Below are positions 32,105-41,088 of a stretch of DNA of 64,000 bases, piece after piece. Position 1 is the first letter of the stretch. Each line of letters starts with the position of its first letter. The notes under the pieces were generated by a model. That model was not told the origin of the DNA and searched no databases. It saw only the letters and a list, made by a program, of their open reading frames with translations. The stretch spans positions 10,014-74,013 of the forward strand of contig JAUQVK010000035.1 in the NCBI GenBank assembly GCA_039794845.1, in the 5' to 3' direction. Both the position numbers and the translations under genes were made by a program. This DNA is from Thermostichus sp. DRC_bins_24. Lineage in GTDB: Bacteria; Cyanobacteriota; Cyanobacteriia; Thermostichales; Thermostichaceae.

Positions 32105-34405
32105 ATGAGACACCGCTGGGATCTGTTGCCCACTCCTCCCCAATTCAATCTGGAGATGAGCCGCGAATATGGTAAGTATGGCGCCAAGTTGCTGGCCTTG
32201 CGCGGGTTACACACCCAGGAGCAGGTACGGGCCTTCTTGGATCCCGACTACTACTCCCCCACCCCGGCGGGATCCCTACCGGATATGGATCGGGCGGTGG
32301 CACGGCTGTTGCGGGCGCGGGAACGGGGAGAGGCCATTTGCATTTGGGGGGATTTCGACTGCGATGGGGTTACCAGCACTGCCCTGTTGCTGTCGGCGCT
32401 GCAACCTTTGGGCTTCCGGGTTGAGTTCACCATTCCCCTGCGCAGCGGAGAAGGGCATGGGCTGAACCCACAACGGCTGCAACAGGTGTTGGCCCGAGGC
32501 TCTCAGGTGATTGTGACGGTGGATTGTGGCGTGGGCAATGCTGCCGAAATTGCCATGGCCCAGGCCGAGGGGGTGGATGTGATCGTGACGGATCATCACA
32601 CGCTGCCGGATCCCTTACCTGCGGCCCATGCGGTGGTGAACCCTCTCCGTTTGCCTGCTGAGCACCCGTTGCGCTTTTTGCCGGGGGTGGGGGTGGCCTA
32701 CAAGTTGGCAGAAGCCCTCTATGGGGTGCTCGGGATCCCGAATGTAGAGCAGCATCTGGACTTGGTAGCGGTGGGGATCGTGGCGGATGTAGCGGTGCTG
32801 CAGCGGGAGTGTCGGTATTTGGTGCAACGGGGCCTGCCGATTTTGGCCAACACCCAACGCTTGGGGCTACGGGCCCTGCTGGAGCAGGAGATGAGCCAGA
32901 CGAAGCGGGAGCTGTCTGCCCAGGATATTGGTTTTCGCATTGCCCCGAAGTTAAACGCGATTGGGCGACTGGAGGATGCCCGTCTGGCGGTGGAGCTGCT
33001 GACCACGGCAGATCCAATGCGGGCTCAGGAGCTGGTGCAACGCTTTGTCGCCACCAACGAAGAGCGCAAACACCTCACCCAGCAGGTGGTGCAGGAGGCC
33101 AGCCAGCAGGTGGACAGTCTGGATTTGGCGCAGGAACGGGCGATTGTCTTGGCGGGATCCGGCTGGAGCCAAGGGGTGGTGGGGATTGCGGCGGGACGGC
33201 TGGTGGAGCAGTACGGCTGCCCGACGGTGTTGATCGCCAAGGATGAAGGGGCGGGCCGGGGCTACGGATCGGGCCGTTCCATTCCGGGGGTGAGCTTGGT
33301 GGAGGCGATCGAGGCGGTGCGTCCGTTGTTGTTGGGGGGAGGCGGACACCCGATGGCGGCAGGGATCCAAGTGGAACTGTCTTGTTTATCGGCTTTGCAA
33401 CTGGCTTTGCGGCGGGAGTTGGCAGCTCGAGTGGGCCCGGATCAACACACCCGTGCCCTAACACTGGAGATCGTCATCGATCTGGCCCTGTTGGAGTCCC
33501 AAGGGCGGGATCCGGTGGCCGAACTGGATGAGCTCTATCGGCAACTGCAGCCTCTGCAACCCTTTGGGCATGGCAACCCCATCCCGACGGTGGCGCTGAT
33601 GAATTTTCGCCCCAGCCGTTCCAACCCGAAAGCCTCCAAAAATGGGCAGCACCTTAGCTTTCAACTGACCGGCCCGCAGGGATCCCGCACCTTGTGGTTC
33701 TGGCGCGAGGGGGAACAATTGGCCACCCTGGGAAAGCTCCCCGCTTTGGATATTGCCCTGCACCTAGAAGCCAGCGACTGGGGCCCTTGGCAGGGAAAAG
33801 TGCTGGCGGTACGGCCCTCCGGCGATTGGCACATTCCCGTGGTGTCCTCCAGAAGCCTGCAGGTGGAGGATCGGCGACAAAACCCTCTTCCCACCCCGGT
33901 GAGCGCTGCCAGCCGTTACGACGGACAGATCCCACCCCCAGCAGCAGAACTTCTTTTGACGCGCTGGCCTTGGCTACCGACAGACTTGGCACACCTGCTG
34001 CAGCAGGTGCAACCCCAAAAGCTGATCCTGGCGGCTTCCGGCCATCGCTGGGAGCAGATCCCCACCCAAATCACCCAGCTGATGCAGCTGTGGCAGGCGG
34101 GACAACGGGATCCCTTGCAACTGTCTGAGGCGACGGGCTTGCCGCCGGAATGGTTGGCAGACTTGCCTGGTTCTGAGCCAATCGCCCCCCTCCTGATGGG
34201 TCGCATTCAAGAGTCGCAAGCGTTTCATCGCTGGTTGGATGAGGCCAGCCCCGCCGAGATCCGCCAACTGTGTCAACGGCTGCTGCGACCGGATCCCATT
34301 CCAGAGGTTGTTTCTATGGGACAAGACCTCCCAGAAGAGTCTTCATTCATCCCTGGGGCAAAACCGGGATCCCCCTCTTACAGCCCTTTCGCTAGTCATA
34401 TGTAA
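32105..34405 (+). CDS. recJ: Single-stranded DNA exonuclease RecJ
   Basis: GDFDCDG, TVDCG, TDHH, PGVGVAYKL, ADV, PKLNAIGRL, GSGRS, GGH..AAG, PFGHGNP. Confidence 0.95.
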   Translation: MRHRWDLLPTPPQFNLEMSREYGKYGAKLLALRGLHTQEQVRAFLDPDYYSPTPAGSLPDMDRAVARLLRARERGEAICIWGDFDCDGVTSTALLLSALQPLGFRVEFTIPLRSGEGHGLNPQRLQQVLARGSQVIVTVDCGVGNAAEIAMAQAEGVDVIVTDHHTLPDPLPAAHAVVNPLRLPAEHPLRFLPGVGVAYKLAEALYGVLGIPNVEQHLDLVAVGIVADVAVLQRECRYLVQRGLPILANTQRLGLRALLEQEMSQTKRELSAQDIGFRIAPKLNAIGRLEDARLAVELLTTADPMRAQELVQRFVATNEERKHLTQQVVQEASQQVDSLDLAQERAIVLAGSGWSQGVVGIAAGRLVEQYGCPTVLIAKDEGAGRGYGSGRSIPGVSLVEAIEAVRPLLLGGGGHPMAAGIQVELSCLSALQLALRRELAARVGPDQHTRALTLEIVIDLALLESQGRDPVAELDELYRQLQPLQPFGHGNPIPTVALMNFRPSRSNPKASKNGQHLSFQLTGPQGSRTLWFWREGEQLATLGKLPALDIALHLEASDWGPWQGKVLAVRPSGDWHIPVVSSRSLQVEDRRQNPLPTPVSAASRYDGQIPPPAAELLLTRWPWLPTDLAHLLQQVQPQKLILAASGHRWEQIPTQITQLMQLWQAGQRDPLQLSEATGLPPEWLADLPGSEPIAPLLMGRIQESQAFHRWLDEASPAEIRQLCQRLLRPDPIPEVVSMGQDLPEESSFIPGAKPGSPSYSPFASHM

Positions 34406-34513
34406 CAGCTATGGAGGTTGAAACCCACCTCCTGGAGGGGTGGTGCTCCGCACCTCGCGTAGCGAGAGGAGGAAGCATAAACCCTGCTGTAGAAAACCCG
34501 CGCAAGGGCTGTA
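34379..34513. mobile_element. MITE, 131 bp between TA dinucleotides, imperfect terminal inverted repeats
   Basis: TA-CAGCCCTTTCGC (34379-34392) ... GCGCAAGGGCTG-TA (34500-34513), 11/12 TIR match; no coding capacity; second copy at 9463-9655. Confidence 0.8.
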
Positions 34514-34721
34514 ATCCTGAAATAGCGACAAAAAAGCCCAAAACAGTCTAGAAAAATGTTGTCCATCCCTCGAAATGGGATCCCTTTTGAGTACCCTAGA
34601 TACAACATCCTCAGGACTCCGTTCCACTGATGCAATAGGAAATACCCGATTTCCCGAAATGGGAAGCTTGTCCATTGCAAAGATCAAATCAACCCTATTT
34701 TCTCCGCCCCTTTGTGAACGA

Positions 34722-37700
34722 GTGATCCCGGTTCGCCTTACCCTACAAGATTTTCTCTGTTATCCCCAGGCTGTTTTGGATCTGCGTGGGATCCATACCG
34801 CCTGTATTTGTGGCCCCAACGGTGCGGGAAAATCCGCCCTCCTCGATGCCCTCACCTGGGGCATTTGGGGACAAAGTCGAGCCAGCAACGATGGGGATTT
34901 AATTCGCAAGGGGGCCAGCGAAACCCAGGTGGAGGTGATCTATCTCTCGCGGGGGCAAACCTACCGCATCCTCCGTAGCCGCCATTTGTCCGGGCAAGGA
35001 TCCCTGGAGTGGCAAATTCAAACCGGCGAGGCCGCAGGTCAACCCCGGTGGCGAACCCTGACCCGGCGCGGCATGAGAGCCACCCAACAGGCGATCCAAA
35101 GCCAGCTCAGCCTTGACTACGACACCTTTATTCACTCCGCCTACCTGCGCCAAGGGCAAGCGGATGCTTTTACCCTGAAGCGACCCGGCGAACGCAAGCA
35201 AATCTTGGCGGAAATGCTCAAGCTGGGGCAGTACGACCTGTTGGCAGAACGCTGCCGGGAACAGGCGCGCGGCGCCAAGCTCAAAGCCGATCTGCTGCAA
35301 GAACAGCTGCACAAGCTCGACCAACAGCAGGCCCATGTCGGCCAAATCCAAGCAGAGCTGGAGCAACTGCAACACCGGCAAACTCACCTGCAGCAGCTTC
35401 TAACCCAGCACCAACAGGAGCTGCAAACCCTGGAGCACCGCCGTGAAAATCGCCGCACCCTGCAGGATCGCCATCAGCACCTCACCCAACACCTGCACAA
35501 GCTCAGCGCCACCCTGCACCACACCGAACAGCAGTGGCGGGCCCAACGGCAACACCTGCTGCAGCTCGAAGGGTTGATTGCCGAAAGCGAGGAGATCCTG
35601 GCGGGCTACGAACGCTATCAAGTTTTGATGGCCCAAGATCGTCACCTCAACCACCTTTTCGAGCAACAGCAACATCTGCTCGAAGAACGACAAAGGCTGC
35701 AAGCCCAACAGGCTGAGCACCAGCACCAGCAACTCCAGCAGATACAACAACTGCAACAGGAACTGGTCACCTGCCAAGCCCAGGCTCAAGCGGATGCACA
35801 ACTGCTGGCAGAACGAGAGCGCATTGAAACCGCCCTGCACCACTTTCATCAGGCTCAGGAGCGCCTACAGCTCTTGAACCAAGGGCAAGAACAAGCCACC
35901 ACCCTGCTGGAGCAGCAACAGCACTGCCAAGAGCAAATCCACCGCGAACGGGAACGCCTGCAGGCCCGCGTCCAACTGCTCAAACAGCAACTGCAAGCCC
36001 AGGAGACGATGGCCCAACAGTTGCAGCAGCTACAACAGAAAATTGCGGAAGGGGAAGCTGCCCTGGCGGAACTGGAGCGACGGCGGCTCTATCAGCAACG
36101 GGTGTTGGAAAAAGGCCAGGAACGACGGCTGTTTGTGCAGCAGCTACAGGAACGGCAGCGGGCGCTCCAGCAGCAGTGGCAACAGGAGGAAGAACGCTGC
36201 CGATTGTTGGAGGATCCCTGGGATGAGGTTCGGGATAAGCCTCCGGAGCCTGCAGAGCAGGAACATGGGGCGCATCTCTTGGCGGGGGTTGTTGCCGTTG
36301 CCGAAGGTGAGGAAGACTGGCCGCCGGGATCCGAGCCAGCAACAGAGACCCTGGCTATGCAGGAATCCCGCCCCGACTCCTCGATCTGTCCTTTGTGTAC
36401 CCGCCCCCTCAGCCCACAGCTGCGGGATGTGGTCTTGAAAAAACACCGAGCCCTTCAGGAAGAGATCGCCGGAGAACTGTTTGTGATCCGCGAACAACTG
36501 GCGGTGGCCGACCGAGAAATTGAGCTACTGCGAGAAGAATATCGCCACCTCAGCCAAGACCTATCCAGCCGGGAGGAGCGCTTGCACATTCAGGGGCGAC
36601 TGCAACAGCAGTGGGAAGCCGAGCAAGAACGCCGGCGACAAATGGAAGCTTGGCAAGCGGAATTGGCGGAACTGGAGCAAACGCTCGCCAACGAAGCCTA
36701 CGCCGAAGGGGCCCGGCAGCAGTTGGAGCAGATCCAACAGGCGTTGCAACAGCTTGGCTACGACGACCGCGAACACGCCCTGCAACGGGGGGAACTGGAG
36801 CGCTGGCGTTGGGCATTGGGCCGCTCCCGCGAACTGCGCAGGGCACAGGAGCGCCATCCCCACCTGAGTGAGCAGATTCGCTCCCTCCAGGCGCAACTGG
36901 ACTCTTTGCAACAGACGGGATCCCACTCCTCACACCCAATCACCGAGCGGCTCACCCAACTGGAACAAGCCTTGCAACGCCTGGGTTACGACGGATCCCG
37001 GCATCAGCAGGTAAAAGCAGAGCTGATCCAAGCACAACTGTGGCCGGCACGTCTGCAAGCCCTACAGGTGGCCCGCCAGGAATTGCCGGAAGCGGAAGCC
37101 CACAGCCAAGCCCTATCCCAACGTCTCCAGGAAAGCCGACAGCAGTTTGCTCAAGCCACCCAAGATTTAGAACAGGTACACCGGCAGCTCAGCGCCTTGC
37201 CCAGCATTTCCGAAGCCTACCGACAAGGGATCCGCCAGTCCATTCAGGAGTGCCGCCAGCAGCTTGACCAAGTGCTCTCCCAACTCGGAGCCACCCAACA
37301 GCGGCTACAACAGGTAACCCAACGGGGATGTGAACGAGCCGAGCTTGAGCAGCAACTGCAGCAGGCCCGCCGCCAGCAACAGGTGTACCAAGAACTGGCC
37401 ACTGCCTATGGTCGCAATGGCATTCCCGCCCTGATCATCGAGAATGTGTTGCCGGAACTGGAAGCCCAAGCCAACCAGATCCTCTCTCGCCTCACCCAAC
37501 ATCGTCTGCACCTGCAATTTGTCACCCAGCGCTCGGGGCGGCGCTCCACCAAGCTGATCGATACCCTCGACATTCTCATTGCCGATCCCCACGGCACCCG
37601 CCCCTACGAGACCTACTCGGGGGGAGAAGCCTTTCGCATCAACTTCGCCATTCGTCTGGCCTTGTCCCGCCTGCTCACCCAACGCTCCGGGTCGGATTTG

Positions 37701-37901
37701 CAAACGCTGCTGATCGATGAGGGGTTTGGATCCCAGGATGCCAACGGACGGGCCCAACTGTTGGCCGCCATCAACGCCGTGGCCCCTGAGTTTGCCTGTA
37801 TTTTGGTGATTACCCACATTCCCAGCTTGCAAGATGCCTTTCCCCATCGCATCGAGGTAGAACCTTCCCCCCAGGGATCCCGTCTGCAGATCCGAGGTTA
37901 A
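34722..37901 (+). CDS. sbcC: SbcC/Rad50-like SMC ATPase (GTG start 34722; ORF open from 34575)
   Basis: Walker A GPNGAGKS, Q-loop YLRQG, long coiled coils, CPLC hook, YSGGE signature, LIDEGFGSQD, ITH. Confidence 0.93.
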   Translation: MIPVRLTLQDFLCYPQAVLDLRGIHTACICGPNGAGKSALLDALTWGIWGQSRASNDGDLIRKGASETQVEVIYLSRGQTYRILRSRHLSGQGSLEWQIQTGEAAGQPRWRTLTRRGMRATQQAIQSQLSLDYDTFIHSAYLRQGQADAFTLKRPGERKQILAEMLKLGQYDLLAERCREQARGAKLKADLLQEQLHKLDQQQAHVGQIQAELEQLQHRQTHLQQLLTQHQQELQTLEHRRENRRTLQDRHQHLTQHLHKLSATLHHTEQQWRAQRQHLLQLEGLIAESEEILAGYERYQVLMAQDRHLNHLFEQQQHLLEERQRLQAQQAEHQHQQLQQIQQLQQELVTCQAQAQADAQLLAERERIETALHHFHQAQERLQLLNQGQEQATTLLEQQQHCQEQIHRERERLQARVQLLKQQLQAQETMAQQLQQLQQKIAEGEAALAELERRRLYQQRVLEKGQERRLFVQQLQERQRALQQQWQQEEERCRLLEDPWDEVRDKPPEPAEQEHGAHLLAGVVAVAEGEEDWPPGSEPATETLAMQESRPDSSICPLCTRPLSPQLRDVVLKKHRALQEEIAGELFVIREQLAVADREIELLREEYRHLSQDLSSREERLHIQGRLQQQWEAEQERRRQMEAWQAELAELEQTLANEAYAEGARQQLEQIQQALQQLGYDDREHALQRGELERWRWALGRSRELRRAQERHPHLSEQIRSLQAQLDSLQQTGSHSSHPITERLTQLEQALQRLGYDGSRHQQVKAELIQAQLWPARLQALQVARQELPEAEAHSQALSQRLQESRQQFAQATQDLEQVHRQLSALPSISEAYRQGIRQSIQECRQQLDQVLSQLGATQQRLQQVTQRGCERAELEQQLQQARRQQQVYQELATAYGRNGIPALIIENVLPELEAQANQILSRLTQHRLHLQFVTQRSGRRSTKLIDTLDILIADPHGTRPYETYSGGEAFRINFAIRLALSRLLTQRSGSDLQTLLIDEGFGSQDANGRAQLLAAINAVAPEFACILVITHIPSLQDAFPHRIEVEPSPQGSRLQIRG

Positions 37902-37942
37902 CTAAAGAGGTTAACTAAAAGGGATCCCTTGCCCATGTCAGA

Positions 37943-40090
37943 ATGGTGGCGACATCATTCTCCATGTTTGTTCACGTTGGGTTCATGCCTTCTGTCAGCC
38001 CTGCCGAGACGATTGCCGAAGCCACTGAGCCAGCCTCTGCCCCCCGCTCAGAAGCCTCGCCTCCCGCTGTTGGCGCGTCAGGGCGAACGGAAACGGGGAT
38101 CCCAGCCGGCATGGGATCCCTGCGGCGCTGGTGGGCGCAGTGGAAACAGAAGCTGCGGCTGGAAACTCAGCTGCTGTTTGTGGCAACGCTGGTGGTGTCT
38201 CTGGTGGTGAGCAGTTTCACCTTTTGGGCCGTCAGCAACGTGCAGCAGGATGCCCAGTTTAACGAAGCCCGCTTTGGTCGAGATCTCGGGTTGCTCTTAG
38301 CGGCCAACGTTGCCCCGTTGGTGGCCGAGGACCGCATTGGGGAAGTGGCCCAACTATCCCGGCAGTATTTCGAGAGCACCAGCAGCATCCGCTATCTGCT
38401 CTACGCCGACCCCAATGGAGATATCTACTACGGGATCCCCTTTTCCAACCAAGAGGTGAAAACCTCCCTCAGCCTTACCCGCCGCATTCAACTGCCGGAC
38501 AATCGCCCCCCCGCCGAAGGCCAACCGCTGGTGCGCACCCACCTCACCCCCGCCGGTCGCGTCACGGATATTTTCGTTGGCATCTACCAACAGGGGCAGT
38601 TTCTGGGCACCCTCGGCCTTGGGATAAACCCCAACCCCACCCTGATGCGCTCGACGCAACTGGCCCGTGAGGTCTCTATCGGGGTGTTTTTGGCGGTTTG
38701 GGTTCTGGCCATTCTCGGCTCGGTGGTCAATGCCCTCACCATCACCCAGCCGATCAAAGAACTGGTCAGAGGCGTTCAGGAGATTACCAAGGGCAACTTC
38801 AAGCAGCGCATCGATCTCCCCTTTGGCGGCGAGCTGGCCCAGCTGATCGACAGCTTTAACGAGATGGCGGAGCGGCTGCAAAGTTACGAGGAGCAAAACA
38901 TCGAAGAGCTGACGGCAGCCAAAGCCAAGTTGGAAACCCTAGTCTCCTCGATTGTCGATGCTGCCATTTTGCTCGATGCCGAGTTTCGGGTGCTCTTGCT
39001 CAATCCGGCGGCCTCACGAATGTTCGGCTGGGAAGGGGATCCCGTGCTGGGAAAACCCTTGCCGGAGCTTTTGCCGGAAGATCTGCGGGCGCAACTGGCG
39101 CGCCCCCTGCTGCAAATTGCCCGTGGCGATCAAGAGGCGGAAGAAATTCGCGTTAACCTAAGCGGTTCCACTGCCCGCATCATCCGCGTCATGCTCTCGC
39201 CGGTGTCGGATCCGCGGCGGCAAAATCTGAAGGGGATCGTGGTGACGGTGCAGGACATCACCCGCGAGGTGGAGTTGAATGAGGCCAAGGCCCAATTCAT
39301 CAGCAACATCAGCCACGAGCTGCGCACCCCCCTGTTCAGCATCAAGTCTTTCATTGAGACCCTCTACGAGTATGGCGAGCAGATGTCTCCGGCCGAGCGG
39401 CAAGACTATCTGGAAATTGCCAACCGCGAAACCGACCGCCTCACCCGCTTGGTCAACGATGTTTTGGATTTGTCCCGCCTAGAATCGGGCAAACAGTATC
39501 ACTTTGAGGCCATCGACATCTCAGCAGTGATCGAGCAAACCCTGCGCACCCACCATCTGCAGGCCCGCGACAAAGGGATCCACCTGCGCAAATTTGTGGA
39601 TCCGGATCTACCCATGGTGTGGGGTAACTACGATCTGCTTTTGCAGGTGCTAACCAATTTGTTGGGCAATGCCCTCAAGTTCACGCAGCCGGAGGGGTTT
39701 GTGAGCTTGCACGCCCACGTGGTCACCCAGCCGGATGGATCCCCGCAGGCGGTGCGGGTGGCGGTTGCCGATACGGGTATTGGCATTGCCCCAGAGGATC
39801 AAGAGCGCATTTTTGACCGCTTTTTCCGAGTTGAGAACCGTGTGCATACCCTGGAGGGCACGGGCCTAGGGCTGGCCATCGTGCGCAACATTCTCGAAAA
39901 GCACCACAGCCGCATTCACCTGGAAAGCAAGCTAGAAGAGGGATCCACCTTCTGGTTCGATCTACACCTGCATGCGGATGGTTTGCCCATCGAGTTTGCG
40001 GCCCTCCAAACCGAGACGGATCCCCCCAGTTGTGATTGGCGGGAGGGCCCGGCGGTGCAGGCCGGGTCCGAACACCTAAGATCCGAATAA
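37943..40090 (+). CDS. nblS: Hik33/NblS-type sensor histidine kinase (TM-HAMP-PAS-HisKA-HATPase); start uncertain
   Basis: RFGRDLGLLLAANVAPL, SSIRYLLYAD, GINPNPT, ALTITQPIKEL, EQNIEELTA, SHELRTPLF.IKSFIETL, RVENRVHTLEGTGLGL. Confidence 0.92.
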   Translation: MVATSFSMFVHVGFMPSVSPAETIAEATEPASAPRSEASPPAVGASGRTETGIPAGMGSLRRWWAQWKQKLRLETQLLFVATLVVSLVVSSFTFWAVSNVQQDAQFNEARFGRDLGLLLAANVAPLVAEDRIGEVAQLSRQYFESTSSIRYLLYADPNGDIYYGIPFSNQEVKTSLSLTRRIQLPDNRPPAEGQPLVRTHLTPAGRVTDIFVGIYQQGQFLGTLGLGINPNPTLMRSTQLAREVSIGVFLAVWVLAILGSVVNALTITQPIKELVRGVQEITKGNFKQRIDLPFGGELAQLIDSFNEMAERLQSYEEQNIEELTAAKAKLETLVSSIVDAAILLDAEFRVLLLNPAASRMFGWEGDPVLGKPLPELLPEDLRAQLARPLLQIARGDQEAEEIRVNLSGSTARIIRVMLSPVSDPRRQNLKGIVVTVQDITREVELNEAKAQFISNISHELRTPLFSIKSFIETLYEYGEQMSPAERQDYLEIANRETDRLTRLVNDVLDLSRLESGKQYHFEAIDISAVIEQTLRTHHLQARDKGIHLRKFVDPDLPMVWGNYDLLLQVLTNLLGNALKFTQPEGFVSLHAHVVTQPDGSPQAVRVAVADTGIGIAPEDQERIFDRFFRVENRVHTLEGTGLGLAIVRNILEKHHSRIHLESKLEEGSTFWFDLHLHADGLPIEFAALQTETDPPSCDWREGPAVQAGSEHLRSE

Positions 40091-40153
40091 GATCTGCCCC
40101 CTGTGGTGGAATTCCCTCTCTGCGGGGTGACCCGAGAAAGGGTCGACCCCTGG

Positions 40154-40501
40154 CTAGGAGGTGGGCTGATAGTGGGGACAGCCCCGGCAGGGCCCGGTTG
40201 GATTGACGGCGCAGCGCAACAGCGGCGAATGGGCGTTGAACTGACACGAGGGATCCCCGAGGAAGTTCCCCGCTTCCGGGGGCAGAAGTACAGGCCGGAC
40301 TATGGCGCGGATCCCGCAAAGGCGATACTTCCCCTGCCGCAGCTGATAGGAGTGGCGCTTCTCCAAAACCAAGTAATGTTGATCGGCTAGCTGGATGTAG
40401 GTGCCCGGATGGGGGCTGATCTCCCAGGGACCTTCTTCCAGCACTTCTCCCGAATCCGCATCGATCCATTGAATGGGCAAGGTCGGGTTTATGGAAGACA
40501 T
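40154..40501 (-). CDS. Conserved cyanobacterial protein (DUF6464-like)
   Basis: Y.VLEKRHSYQLRQGKYRL and GDPSCQFNAHSPLLRCAVNPTGPCRGC Cys motif. Confidence 0.8.
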   Translation of the reverse strand: MSSINPTLPIQWIDADSGEVLEEGPWEISPHPGTYIQLADQHYLVLEKRHSYQLRQGKYRLCGIRAIVRPVLLPPEAGNFLGDPSCQFNAHSPLLRCAVNPTGPCRGCPHYQPTS

Positions 40502-40700
40502 AGAGTGCCGAGGGAGCCAGCCTAGGGCAGCAAACTACAGAGATGGGGTTCGACTCACATCAGTGTAGTTCAGTGTAGTGGATTTTCCTCGGGGGCGAAC
40601 GCTGGAGAGCTGAGTTAAAGAATTCTAGCATCTTTCCGGGATCGGCCCCATCTCTCTAGGGAGATCCTTACAATAACGAACAGTCACTTCTCCACTTCTA

Positions 40701-41084
40701 ATGTCCCAAAAGATTTTGATTGTTGACGATGAACCCCACATTCGCCTGCTGTTGGAACAAACGCTGGAGGAATTGGAGGGAGAAGGGGTAGAGTTGCTCC
40801 TGGCTGCCAATGGAGAGGAAGCATTGGAATTGATCCGCAGCGAACGACCTCGGGTGGTGTTTTTGGATGTGATGATGCCCCGCATCAATGGTTTCGATGT
40901 CTGCCAGAGGGTGAAGCAGGATCCCGGCCTCAAAGACACCATCATCATCATGCTGACCGCCAAAGGGCAAGAATTTGATAAACAGCGGGGACAGGAGGTG
41001 GGTGCTGATCTCTACATCACCAAACCCTTCGATCCGGATGTGCTGACGGCCAAGGCAGCGGAACTGTTGGGTTTGGAGGGGTAG
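40701..41084 (+). CDS. Single-domain response regulator (REC)
   Basis: ILIVDDE, FLDVMMP, MLTAKG, YITKPF. Confidence 0.95.
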   Translation: MSQKILIVDDEPHIRLLLEQTLEELEGEGVELLLAANGEEALELIRSERPRVVFLDVMMPRINGFDVCQRVKQDPGLKDTIIIMLTAKGQEFDKQRGQEVGADLYITKPFDPDVLTAKAAELLGLEG

Positions 41085-41088
41085 GCAG

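Noticed and set aside
34402..34425. GGTTGAAAC, resembling a CRISPR repeat end
   Set aside because: Single occurrence inside the MITE, with no periodic copies.
34590..34604. Possible LexA box upstream of sbcC (AGTACCCTAGATAC)
   Set aside because: Second half-site does not fit the cyanobacterial RGTAC-N3-DGTWC consensus.
34575..34721. N-terminal ORF-track extensions of sbcC (also trpB, modA, treS, SRAP)
   Set aside because: Family N-termini begin at downstream starts, e.g. MIPVRL for SbcC and MCGRY for SRAP.
40545..40557. GGTTCGACTC tRNA T-loop-like motif
   Set aside because: No cloverleaf, D-arm or acceptor stem can be built; kept only as a hairpin.
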